From Pristiophorus japonicus (lineage: Eukaryota), in contig NC_091993.1 in NCBI RefSeq assembly GCF_044704955.1, forward strand, positions 33,914,001 through 33,978,000: a stretch of DNA of 64,000 nucleotides, in the 5' to 3' direction. This document shows positions 52,335 to 63,417 of the stretch, one piece after another. The notes below the pieces were generated by a model that was not told the origin of the DNA, did no database searches, and saw nothing but the letters and a program-made list of their open reading frames with translations. The position numbers were made by a program, and so were the translations under genes. Positions within the stretch are counted from its first letter, which is position 1. Every line of letters begins with the position of its first letter.

Positions 52335-52990
52335 CCTGCTCTTTTTCAAAATAGTGGCCTGGGATCTTTTGTCCTCATGATATGGCAGTTGGGGCCTCGG
52401 TTTAACGTCTCATCTAAAAGATGGCCCCTCTGACAGTGCAGCACTCCCTCAGTACTGCACCTCCGACAGTGCGACGCTTCCTCAGTACTGCCCCTCCGAC
52501 AGTGCGGCGCTCCCTCAGTACTGCCCCTCCGACAATGCGGCGCTAACTCAGTACTGCCCCTCCGACAGTGTGGCGCTCCCTCAGTTCTTCCCCTCCGACA
52601 GTGCGGCACTCCCTCAGTTCTTCCCCTCCGACAGTGCGGCGCTCCCTCAGTACTGCCCCTCCGACAGTACGGCACTCCCTTAGTACTGCCCCTCCAACAG
52701 TGCGGCGCTCCCTCAGTACTGCCCCTCCGACAATGCGGCGCTAACTCAGTACTGCCCCTCCGATAGTGTGGCGCTCCCTCAGTTCCTCCCCTCCGACACT
52801 CCCTCAGTTCTTCCCCTCCGACAGTGCAGCGCTCCCTCAGTACTGCCCCTCCGACAGTACGGCGCTCCCTCAGTACTGCCCCTCTGACAGTGCGGTGCTC
52901 CCTCAGTACTGCACTGAAGTATCTGTCAAGTTTTTTGTGCTCGAGTCTCTGGAGTGGGATTTGAACTCATGACCTTCAGACTCAGACGCA
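52335..52990 (-). mobile_element. DeuSINE containing an internal 33-bp minisatellite (52430-52915)
   Basis: Head at 52920-52990 and body at 52335-52430; the unit TCCCTCAGTACTGCCCCTCCGACAGTGCGGCGC is repeated about 14-15 times. Confidence 0.85.
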
Positions 52991-53369
52991 ATGCTGACAC
53001 CTTAAATAACACAATATTTTTTTGTAAAAAAATCATAGCTTTTATTCTGAGTTTTCACCCCAGTTTTCTTCCCCTCCTTCCCCTGTCCTGAAGGCATTGT
53101 GTCCTTGCCAGGGTTTGGTTCCACACTGCTGGGAACTTCACTCGAGTAGCTGGTACTCATGCGTGACTCTTGTTGTTGAGTGTTGGGTCCGATTTAATCT
53201 TGGAGACACAGCACAGCCAAGTCTAATCCTGTCCAAACTCCGTGGCCTTTCTCCTGATTCCACCCTCCCCTTGGGTGTTCACTCGGGTTGAACAAGGCAC
53301 TTTTCACTCTCTGACCCATTCAGCCTGGGGCTGAGCTACAAGTCCCACTTCTCCGTCACTTACACCTCT

Positions 53370-53750
53370 TTGCCCACCTCCCACTCTGCTGCTGAATCCA
53401 TTAACCACACATTTGCTAGCTCGAGACATAAATTTCTGATTGCTCTTCTTGCTAGCTTGCTGAGTTCTTCCTTAAATAAACTTGGAAGTTTTCCAAGATT
53501 CCACCACCCACGTCTTGTCTCGCGCTGGGTCTCACTCGCCCAACACCTCTCTCACTTGGTGGCAGAGCTATTTGGTCCCACCCTCTGGATCCTCCTCCTT
53601 AAACCTCTTTGCCTTGTACTTCCCTCCCAGCCTCTTAAAAACCAGTTCCAACCAGTCAGCTGGTCTGATTCTCCTATTTATCGTTCATTCTCTCACACGT
53701 GGACTGTCTTGGGATGTTACATTAAAGGCACTATACAAATGCAGGTGGTT
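53370..53750 (+). mobile_element. Old L2-clade LINE fragment
   Basis: SAAESINHTFASSR motif and tail TTGGGATGTTACATTAAAGGCACTATACAAATGCAG. Confidence 0.55.
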
Positions 53751-56700
53751 CCTGTTGCTGTTTGTTGGACAAATTCAATGAATCATTGGGGAGCTTTGTT
53801 TCCTGATATACTTTCCATTTCCTGTGCTGAATAATGGTGGCTATTCTATAGACATTGTGGTGACAAATCTCTTCATTAATGCTCTTATCATGGATTTGTC
53901 CCACCCAATTCCTTTGACTTTGTATCTGGGAGGGAAAATTGGACAGTGAATCTCCTCGCTCGGAATGGTCAGTTAAAGAGAACAATATTGTTACACAATG
54001 TGCTGGAGTCAAAGGATTACTGGACAACAGTGACAGAAAGCACATTCGATACTCAGTTCCTGCTCTTGGCCATGTTGCTGGGCAGAGGCCTTTCAATCGT
54101 CTCCAAGTGGCTGATTCAGTCTCTAGACCACAGGAAATGTGTGGAAGACTCGAGTGAAGTCAAATGACAGAAAAAAAAGAAATACCTCGAGAAAAGGAAA
54201 ACATTGATTTGGGTTTGAACTAATTAAACCAAAGTCTCCAATAATTGCTGGTAGATACGGGAGCTGTTTTGTAATATTGCTTATGACAGGAGCCGCTGCA
54301 CAGGACAGAGGTGCCAATCCACGCTTAACATATGCTCAATTTCTGTTCCCACTGCTATCATAGAATCCAGAGCAGTTTGCAGTGATTTGTTGATTTAGTC
54401 GCTAGCACACTCGTTTCATCAGAAGGTCGTGGGTTGAAGTCCCACTCCAGGCCTTGAGTGAATAACCTCAGATCTCAGAATAGCACTTCAGTACAGTACC
54501 GAGGAGTGCTGCACTGTCAGAGGTGCCATTTTTCAGAGGAAGCTTTTAAAACAGCCTGGCTGCACCCTCGGGTGGATGTACAAGTCCAATATCACCTATA
54601 ATAAAATCACAAAATGCTGGAAATACTCAGCAGGTGGAGAGAGAAACTGAGTTAACATTTCAAGTCAATGATCCTGGAAAAGGTTAGAGATCTAACAGAT
54701 TTTTAAGCAGGTGTAGGGGCAGGGAAAGGGGAGGAGAGAACAAAAGGGTGGAAGACAGAAGACATTAAGAGACAAAAGGGATGGTGGTGCAAAGCAAAAG
54801 GAGTTTCACCTCTGCTTTTCTATTCCATGTCTCTAGGGTTCAGTTTGCTTTTTTGTGGCATTATCTACTTGTGTTTCCACCTTTTAATGACCTGTGTATC
54901 TGCAATCCAATGCCTCTACTCCATATAACATTTTGCCACAAGATGAATTCCTTCTAAAATTATATTATTTAACATTTTTCTGCATTAAACTGCAACTGTT
55001 CACCCATCTGCCTCACAAACCACTCCCTCACAAACCACGTCACAATTTGCAAACCCCGCCCTTGCTGTCATCAGCAACTTTTGATTTTGTTCCCCCAGTT
55101 CCCACACATTCTAAACACTGCTTCCTGTATTCAGACTCCCGAGCGCACACTCACATTATACATATTGCATTAAACGTGTTCTCCCGTTACCCTCTTAATG
55201 GGAGTCCAGTATTGTACCAGGACCTGTGACAGGGTTTGATGTCCCACCCTAGTGACTGGGCTCCTGGATCTCACCATTCTTCACAACACAGGACAAAGAG
55301 GAACGGCCAAACCTGACCAGAACTCCTCAGAAATCTAATCACGTTTGCATGAAACATTTGAAATATTTTCTGTGTCTCTTTCTGTTGAGTATTTGAATGA
55401 ATGACTAAGTGAGGTTGTCAATTGGTTATTTTTATCTACAGTTTATAGAAACAGTGATTTAAGTGTAACATTTCTTGACAAACTAGTGATGCGTGTAGAT
55501 TCAGCTGTGCAATCTAGAGTCCTACACCTTTTCCTCGTGAGAAATTACACACGTTTTAGAAAACTGGATTACAAAAGGCCTTAAGAGAAGTTAGTAATCA
55601 AAAGCCAAAATTAAACCGTTCACATTTTAAGGCTGAGAGTTTTTTTGCTGTTTATTTAAAGGGTTAGATTAGGTTCTGGCTGATCTTTCAGCCTTTCTCT
55701 GTCCTACGTGTCCTGCAAGCTCATCGTAGCACTAATTACACGTTACAGCTCAGCACCGTCTCAGCAGGCACCGAGGAAGCGGCGTCATGCACTCAATGTG
55801 GCTCCGAGTGTAACAACCTGACCTCGGTATCACGGCTTCATGAGTCATTCTCCAACCGAGGTTTAATTCCATTAAAACTTTGATTTCCTCTCGAAGAAGA
55901 TTGCACTGTTACATTACAGGAGTCCATTAAGCCCAGCCCAGCCCGATACAGCACCTTAACATGGGTCTCAAACATCTCAAATCGCTTCACATACAGTGAG
56001 TTATTTTAACTGCATTGACCCATGCAGGCAAATGCAGCATCCAATCTCGTGCGCAGGAAGAGCCCACACATAGCAATGAGATAAATGGCCATTTTATCTG
56101 TTTTGTGTGGTTGAGAGGAGAATTTTGAGCAGAGCATCATGAGAACTCTCTGCTCTTAAGTAGAGCATGGGATACTTAACATCCATTGGAACCACCAGAA
56201 TAGGTGTATGAGGCCTTGGTTTAGTGTCTTGTCTGAAAGACGGCACCTCCGACAATGCAGCACCCCCTCAACACTACACTGGAGTGTCAGCCTGGATTGT
56301 GTACTCAGGTTTCAGGAACATAGGAACAGGGGGAGGCCATTCAGCCCCTCAAGCCTGTTTCTTCATTGTTAGATCATGGCTGTATCTTGCCTCCATCCTC
56401 TTGCTTGGTTCCGTAACCCTTAATACCCTTACCTGAAAAGTCTAGCGGCAAGGCTCGAGTGCTGATAACTGAGTTGAAAGCCACTATATAAATGTAAGTC
56501 TTTCTTTAATTCCCCAGTGGGCTGACCAAAGTAGGAACTCTCTCTTGTGGGGAAACACAAATGAAACGAGTCCTGGTATTCCCTGCCACACTGCCTGATT
56601 GGAACAGATTTGAATAACTTTCTTGTCAGACTGGGCCTAATGGCTCAATTGGTCATTGGGCGATTCAGTGTGGGACAGAGCTATCCAACATAGCAAGATC

Positions 56701-57285
56701 CCAGGTGAAATCCCTGATTTGAGTTGGGTCAGTGTTTTGGGCCCTCCATGCCCCCTGGACCATCGAGAGGGAAATCAGCCAGGTGCCCCTTCATTGTCCA
56801 ATGATCCCCAATTGAAAGGAATGATGCTCCTATGGTAGAATAGCTTGTCGGCGGTTGTTTGAAGAACAAACTCGAGGGCAGTTCCGCAGATTAAACCGTA
56901 CCGCAGGTTCCCAAATGTTAGTCATAGTTTGAAATTGTTTCCAAGAATAAAGTTAATCATGATTTAGGTTTTCTCTGCCTGTATTCTTAGTGTAGTTGCT
57001 GTTCGGGTTTCTTTCTCTCCAAAAATTTATGTTTCAGAAAACATCCTCATTCTCCTGTGTGTGCCGAACACGAGAAACAGTGAGCGGAGATTTCAACAAC
57101 AAGGCTTTAGTCCTCCTTTAAAATTCCATCAGTTGTGGATCTCTCACCGGCCGGCTTTTTTCCAGGTTTGAGTTTCAGTTCCCGTCGCCTCTCGTTATCT
57201 CAAACGTCAGAAATGTTAGTTCTAATTTTAATTTAGTGACAAAATGCAGAACTTTTAACTGGCTTCTATTTTTTTTAACTAAAAG

Positions 57286-57600
57286 AGTGCTGGCATGTGG
57301 GATGAGGAGAGCGAGGTTGAGCTTCAGAATTGGTGTAAAACAAGGAGGTATATGTACGAGTGATACCAGAGTGTGTCAGAGAAATAAACTGCACCCGTCT
57401 CCCCCTTACCCAGATACAAAAAGCCGCGCAGGCTTGTGCTGACCCCAGCTTTAACATCGAGGGAGAGTTGGATGTTGGTGGTAAATTGGCCGATGGCCAG
57501 AACCCTGCCCTTTATTCAGTGAGTTGGAAGAATCAGAATCTGAAAGCACTCGGAGGGACCCGGAGTAATGATGTCGCTGCCTATTATTGTGCACAAGACT
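57286..57600 (+). pseudogene. Candidate decayed immunoglobulin V-set exon
   Basis: NDVAAYYCAQ (D-x-A-x-Y-Y-C) at about 57567-57596 and YMYE*YQ (W-Y-Q with TGA) at 57361; the frames differ and the spacing is long. Confidence 0.3.
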
Positions 57601-58639
57601 GTCATATAAATCGCTGATTAAATTAACTGAAACACTCTAATAAAAGACAATAACACCTGTTTTAGTCTCTGAAAAACACGAAAGTATATCCATATATGTA
57701 TAAAAATATATTTTCTTTCTATGCAAGTGTCCAGGTAACTTAAATTCTAATGTCCTGCTAAAGCACGACAGGTTCACTTCTGTGCAGCTTATTTCATCAA
57801 GTGCCTGTGTTAATTCAGTACTCAATTGTGCAACAATTAGCATCTAAAGATTGGACCAGCATCAGTGACAACATTACTGATTGTTAATATACTCGTTATG
57901 TTTAAGAGCTGTTTTAATCATTTGCCAAGGTTAAACAAAGCCACACATAGATATAAAACCTTTACATTGTTAGAGATCCTTTCAAATTGGGTAGAGTTTA
58001 GTTCCTGTGTTTCTTGCTTCTCCAATTTCCTCTCCTCTCCTCTCCTCTCCTCTCCTCTCCTCTCCATTCTGGGATCCTGCCCAAAAACACTGGTCCCCCT
58101 GCCCTGTGTGAGAATAGGCCGCAGGACTCATCAGGGTTCAACCCAATTTTATCCTCGTCCCACCTCTCCACACACACACACAAGGCCAGAAACAGTCACT
58201 CACTAACCAGCGGGACACCAACCCTGACCAGCCGTCCTTTCCCAGTCCCTGAACACCAGGGCCAGTGGTAGCACCAGGACTGGGATCAGCGAACTGGTGT
58301 GTGCGTCCTTGTCCCAGACTGGGAATGAAGTTTCCATTTGGGAATTATTCTAATATCTTTATCAATGTATCTTATCTGAGTATTAACACAACAGCCAAGA
58401 TATAGTGAGTCCTCCAGTGCAAAAGTGAGAAAATCTGACTAAACAGGTTCCTTTTTAGTTCAAGAGTTTTAGATTCCCACAGATTATCAAAGCCGGACTG
58501 TTAAAAATACCTTTTATTAAAACAAAATTCTGTGTCGTGGACTCATCAGTGTTCCTGGTCTCGGTGCAGATAAATAGAGGTTCCAGATAGAGATACCGGG
58601 AGGAAAATCAGCTGGTGAGACAGTAATTCTACTCTCTCC

Positions 58640-58900
58640 TAAGGCCATTGACCGAAGTCTAGGAGTGGGCCATTGACTGAGGCCTGGGAGTGGCCTGAGA
58701 GTGGATCATTGACCGAGGCCTGGGAGTGGGCCATTGACCGAGGCCTGGGAGTGGGCCATTGACCGAGGCCTGGGAGTGGGCCATTGACCGAGGCCTGAGA
58801 GTGGGCCATTGACCGAGGCCTGAGAGTGGATCATTGACCGAGGCCTGGGAGTGGGCCATTGATGAGGCCTGGGAGTGGGCCATTGATGAGGCCTGGGAGG
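58640..58900. repeat. 24-25-bp minisatellite (AGGCCTGGGAGTGGGCCATTGACCG), about 10 units
   Basis: Period visible at 58741, 58766 and 58791. Confidence 0.9.
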
Positions 58901-58934
58901 GAGTGAGCTAGGCATTTCCAACAGAAGCAGTTTT

Positions 58935-60425
58935 ACATAAGAATTAGGAACAGGAGTAGGCCATCTAGCCCCTCGAGTCTGCTCTGCCATTCAACAAGAT
59001 CATGGCTGATCTGGCCGTGGACTCAGCTCCATTTACCCGCCTGCTCCCCATAACCCTTAATTCCCTTATTGGTTAAAAATCTATCTGTGATTTGAATACA
59101 TTCAATGAGCTAGCCTCAACTGCCTCCTTGGGCAGAGAATTCCACAGATTCACAACCCTCTGGGAGAAGAAATTCCTTCTCAACTCGGTTTTAAATTGGC
59201 TCCCCCGTATTTTGAGGCTGTGCCCCCTAGTTCTAGTCTTCCTGACCATAGGAAACAACCTTTCTGCCTCTATCTTGTCTATCCCTTTCATTATTTTAAA
59301 TGTTTCTATAAGATCACCCTTCATCCTTCTGAACTCCAACAAGTAAAGACCCAGTCTACTCAATCTATCATCATAAGGTAACCCCCTCATCTCCGGAATC
59401 AGCCTCGTTAATCGTCTCTGTACCTCTTCCAAAGCTAGTATATCCTTCCTTAAGTAAGGTGACCAAAACTGCACGCAGTACTCCAGGTGCGGCCTCACCA
59501 TTACCCTGTACAGTTGCTTCAGGACCTCCCTGCTTTTGTACTCCATCCCTCTCGCAATGAAGGCCAACATTCCATTCACCTTCCTGATTACCTGCTGAAC
59601 CTGCAAACTAACTTTTTGGGATTTTCATGCACAAGGACCCCCAGGTCCTCTGCACCGCAGCATGTTGTAATTTCTCCCCATTCAAATAATATTCCCTTTT
59701 ACTGTTTTTTTTTCCAAGGTGGATGACCTCACATTTTCCAACATTGTATTCCATCCGCCAAACCTGAGCCCATTCGCTTAACCTATCTAAATCTCTTTGC
59801 AGCCTCTCTGTGCCCTCTACACAACCCGCTTTCCCACTAATCTTTGTGTCATCTGCAAATTTTGGTACACTACACTCTGTCCCCTCTTCCAGGTCATCTA
59901 TGTATATTGTAAACAGTTGTGGTTCCAGCACCGATCCCTGTGGCACACCACTAACCACCGATTTCCAACCCGAAAAGGACCCATTTATCCCGACTCTCTG
60001 CTTTCTGTTAGCCAGCCAATTCTCAATCCATGCTAATACATTTCCTCTGACTCCGCGTACCTTTATCTTCTGCAGTAACCTTTTGTGTGGCACCTTATCG
60101 AATACCTTTTGGAAATCTAAATACACCACATTCATCGGTACACCTCTATCCACCATGCTCGTTATATCCTCAAAGAATTCCAGTAAATTAGTTAAACATG
60201 ATTTCCCCTTCATGAATCCATGTTGCGTCTGCTTGATTGCACTATTCCTATCTCGATGTCCCGCTATTTCTTCCTTAATGATAGCTTCAAGCATTTTCCC
60301 CACTACAGATGTTAAACTAACCGGCCTATAGTTTACCTGCCTTTTGTCTGCCCCCTTTTTTAAACAGGCGTTACATTAGCAGCTTTCCAATCCGCTGGTA
60401 CCTCCCCAGAGATTGTTGCCATTCT
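58935..60425 (-). mobile_element. 5'-truncated CR1 LINE (RT to 3' tail)
   Basis: ORFs 59608-60303 and 59073-59606 with QHGFMKGKSCLTN, YLDFQKVFDKV, KFADDTK and [13 protein letters not shown]; tail at 58935-59030. Confidence 0.93.
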
Positions 60426-60540
60426 CCCCCTTTTTTTCCCCTCCAATATTTACCTTTCTTGGGCTAATGTGTGATACCACAGCTGACCCCCAAGGCCCGA
60501 GGGTTGGGTTCATTCTGGGATATTCAGCATCAGAAGCCCA

Positions 60541-60978
60541 GCCGTGGCTCAATGCGTAGCACCCTCGCCTCTGAATCAGGAGGTTGTGGGTTCGAGTCCC
60601 ACTCCAGGGACTTGAGCACAAATAAATCTAAGCTGACACTCCAGTGTAGTGCTGAGGGAGTACTGCACTGTTGGAGATGCTGTCTTTCGGATGAGACGTT
60701 AAACTGAGACTCTGTCTGCTCCCTCAACATAAAAGATGCCATGGCACTATTTTGAAGAAGTGTAGGGGAGTTATCCCCAGTGTCCTGGCCAATATTTGTC
60801 CCTCAATCAACATAACAAAAGAGCAGATTATCTGTTGTTTATCACATTGCTGTGTGCAAATTGGCTGCTGTGTTTCCCACATTGTAACAGTGACTACACT
60901 CCAAAAGTACTTCATTGGCTGTAAAGCGCGTTGAGACATCCGGTGGTCGTGAAAGGCGCTATATAAATGCAAGTCTTT
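60541..60978 (+). mobile_element. Full-length tRNA-derived DeuSINE
   Basis: A box TGGCTCAATGCG (60545), B box GGTTCGAGTCC (60589), Deu-type body and AAAGGCGCTATATAAATGCAAG tail. Confidence 0.85.
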
Positions 60979-61454
60979 TTTCCCCTCCCCTGTGGTAACC
61001 CCTTGGATGTTTAGCACTGTTTAAGTTGAAACATGAAGGATGGCCACTTGGGTAAGAGCTGAGTGATACCCGGCAAAACCAAAGAGAAGCGGGGGAGTTT
61101 CAATCTAGTGCTGAGTATCCCAGAATGGATACAAATCCATGAATTCACCATTAATGAGAGTTAGCAGCTGGGTTGCGTATAGATAAACTCTGACTGGTGC
61201 TAATGAACTGTTCTATACGTCAATCTCACTTCTTCCTCTGCACTTCTCTCAGTTAATTACACATGGGCTGAATCAGTGGAAGTGGCTTTATGCAGCTCGG
61301 TGTTAACCCAATCCATCCCCAGCAGTAGCGGAGATCAGGGCCCCGCCAAAGACCATACCAGATGCCAAACTGCAGCTCGACTCCGCCCTGCTGTGCTCAC
61401 TCTCACTCCTTCTCATTTGCATACTATCAAAATCAAATGTTATTTTTGCATCGA

Positions 61455-61850
61455 ACTATACACCACAGAAAGAGGCCATTCGGCCCATCGTGCCTGTGCC
61501 GGCTCTGTGAAAGAGCGATCCAATTAATCCCACTCCCCCTGCTCTTTCCTCACAGGGGCACATGTTCCTTTTCAAGTATTTGTCCAATTTCCCTTTGAAC
61601 GTTACGATTGAATCTGCTCCCACCATCCTTTCAGGCAGCACGTTCCCGATCACAACTCACTGCGTAAGAAAAATTCTCATCTCTCCTTTGGTTCTTTTGC
61701 CAATCACCTTAAATTCGTGTCCTCTGGTGACTGGCCCTTCTGCCAATGGAAGCAGTTTCTCCTTATTTACTCTATCAAATTTACGCTACCTAATTTTGAA
61801 CACCTCTTTCAAATCTCCCCTTAACCTTCTCTGCTCCAAGTAGAACATAA
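61455..61850 (-). mobile_element. CR1 3' fragment
   Basis: FKGKLDKYL motif and the GGGCCGAATGGCC tail in reverse. Confidence 0.7.
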
Positions 61851-61934
61851 CTTTTGTGATGAGTTCATGTTTGGAGCTGCAACACATCAGTGCCAGGTGG
61901 TGCCCATCTCCCTCTATCAGTGGCCCTAGCATCA

Positions 61935-62140
61935 CTGAGCCCCCGCCCCTTCACCCCAAACATCCCAGGGTCACCATTGACTGGAAGCTGAACTGGACCA
62001 GACGTATGACACCATGGCTACTAGAATTGGTCAGAGACTGGGTGTTGTGCAGTGAGTGGCTCATCTCCTGATTCCCCAGAGCTTCTCCACCACCAGCGTG
62101 CTGGAAACTCACTTCTCTACACAGCTCGACACCATCCAGG
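61935..62140 (+). mobile_element. Old non-LTR retroelement RT fragment
   Basis: Decayed VTIDWKLNW motif (LG-thumb region) and downstream QRLG. Confidence 0.5.
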
Positions 62141-62814
62141 ACTGAGCTCTCCCAGTTTTACATTTCCCACACCATCTCCGTGAGGTCTGGCTGAGACGGT
62201 CAGCTTTTTACCAAATTCAGGGGAGTTTGTCTTGTGGGCTCGTGCTCCCTAGGAATTGGACCGAGACGGTCACCTCACTCCACAAAGGTAGGGGTTTAAA
62301 TTACGCTGCCCGTTTCCAGCATTTTCTGTTTTTATTTCAGATTTGTAGCATCTACAAAATTGATTTATTGTATTCTTACAATTCACTTCCCCCGAGCACC
62401 TTCATCTCACTGGACCTGCACTCAGACCCCTCTAATAATGCGACCTAATCCATCCCATGCCATTTTTATCTTATCCTTACTCTATTTTAAATCCCTCGGA
62501 TTCCTTCTTCTTGACCATTATCTTAACAGCCTGCCTGGAGATACCTGGTTCTAGCTAATCCTCTGTGACAAGACAACCTGTCGCCCAGAAGCTGCTATTT
62601 GTTGGTCCCTTTCACTATTTTGGTTGGATTCGCTGTATTCAGGTTATTAATGCCAGCGCATGCAGCCTGCTGTAGAATGCAAGGCTCCATCTTTGGCCAA
62701 GTGTCTGGTCTGTTTCGTGTTGAAGATATCATTCCCTCTGGTAGGAACTAAACTAAAAATGTGTGGGTAGGGATTAAAAGCAAAGCTTTTGTTTAAAATA
62801 TTTTCTGCTGTCGG

Positions 62815-63236
62815 TTTAGCTGAGCTGCTCGCAATCTCACCTCAAAATCAGTTCAAGCCCCATTACAGACCTCAGCACATAATCTGCACTGACATTTCAA
62901 CACAGCACTGGGAGAGTGCTGCATTGTCGGAAGTGCTGTCGCTTGGATGACAGACGTTAAACTGAGGTCCCCCATCCCCCTGTTCAGGCGGGTGTTAAAG
63001 ATCCCATGGCACTTTCTCGGAAAAAAGCAGAGGAGTTCTCCCAGTGTCTTACCAACATTCATCCCTTAACGTCATCAAAACACAACAGATCTCATTGCTG
63101 TTAGTGGGACCTCACGGTGGGCACATTGGCTGCAGTTCCTGCACTACAACGTTGACTACACTTCAGAAATACTTCACTGGTGTAAAGCGCTTTGGGACAT
63201 CCTGAGGTTGTGAAAGGCGCTATAGAAATGCAAGTT
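62815..63236 (+). mobile_element. DeuSINE
   Basis: Degenerate head, GACGTTAAACTGAGG body and GTAAAGCGCTTTGGG...GGCGCTATAGAAATGCAAG tail. Confidence 0.8.
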
Positions 63237-63417
63237 AATTTATTTTACTCAAACCTGTGGAACACCCCTCCCCCAATCTTCAGGCTCTTAAAACCCAAAT
63301 TGGCGTCACGTAATCAGTGTTTACTGATTTACCAACCTCTCTTCAACCTTGGTGCTGTTGTACTGTGTAGATTCGCGTTATCCTGAAGCCAGTTTTGATA
63401 TTCAAATCTTGACTGAT

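Noticed and set aside
54600-54800. AAAATGCTGGAAATACTCAGCAGG-type fragments (also about 40880 and reversed at about 62310) as a regulatory motif
   Set aside because: Most likely short remnants of another dispersed repeat family (possibly Penelope-like); too short to classify from sequence alone
56880-56945. J-segment-like LTFGN..GTV on the minus strand
   Set aside because: Needs a 4-nt deletion and a stop repair, has no good donor and only a very poor RSS; indistinguishable from chance
60541-60610. tRNA gene
   Set aside because: A and B boxes are present but run straight into the SINE body with no proper acceptor stem or terminator; it is a SINE head
61413-61422. Ig promoter octamer/decamer TCATTTGCAT
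   Set aside because: It lies downstream of the V-like start rather than upstream of a leader, and an 8-mer is expected by chance in 64 kb
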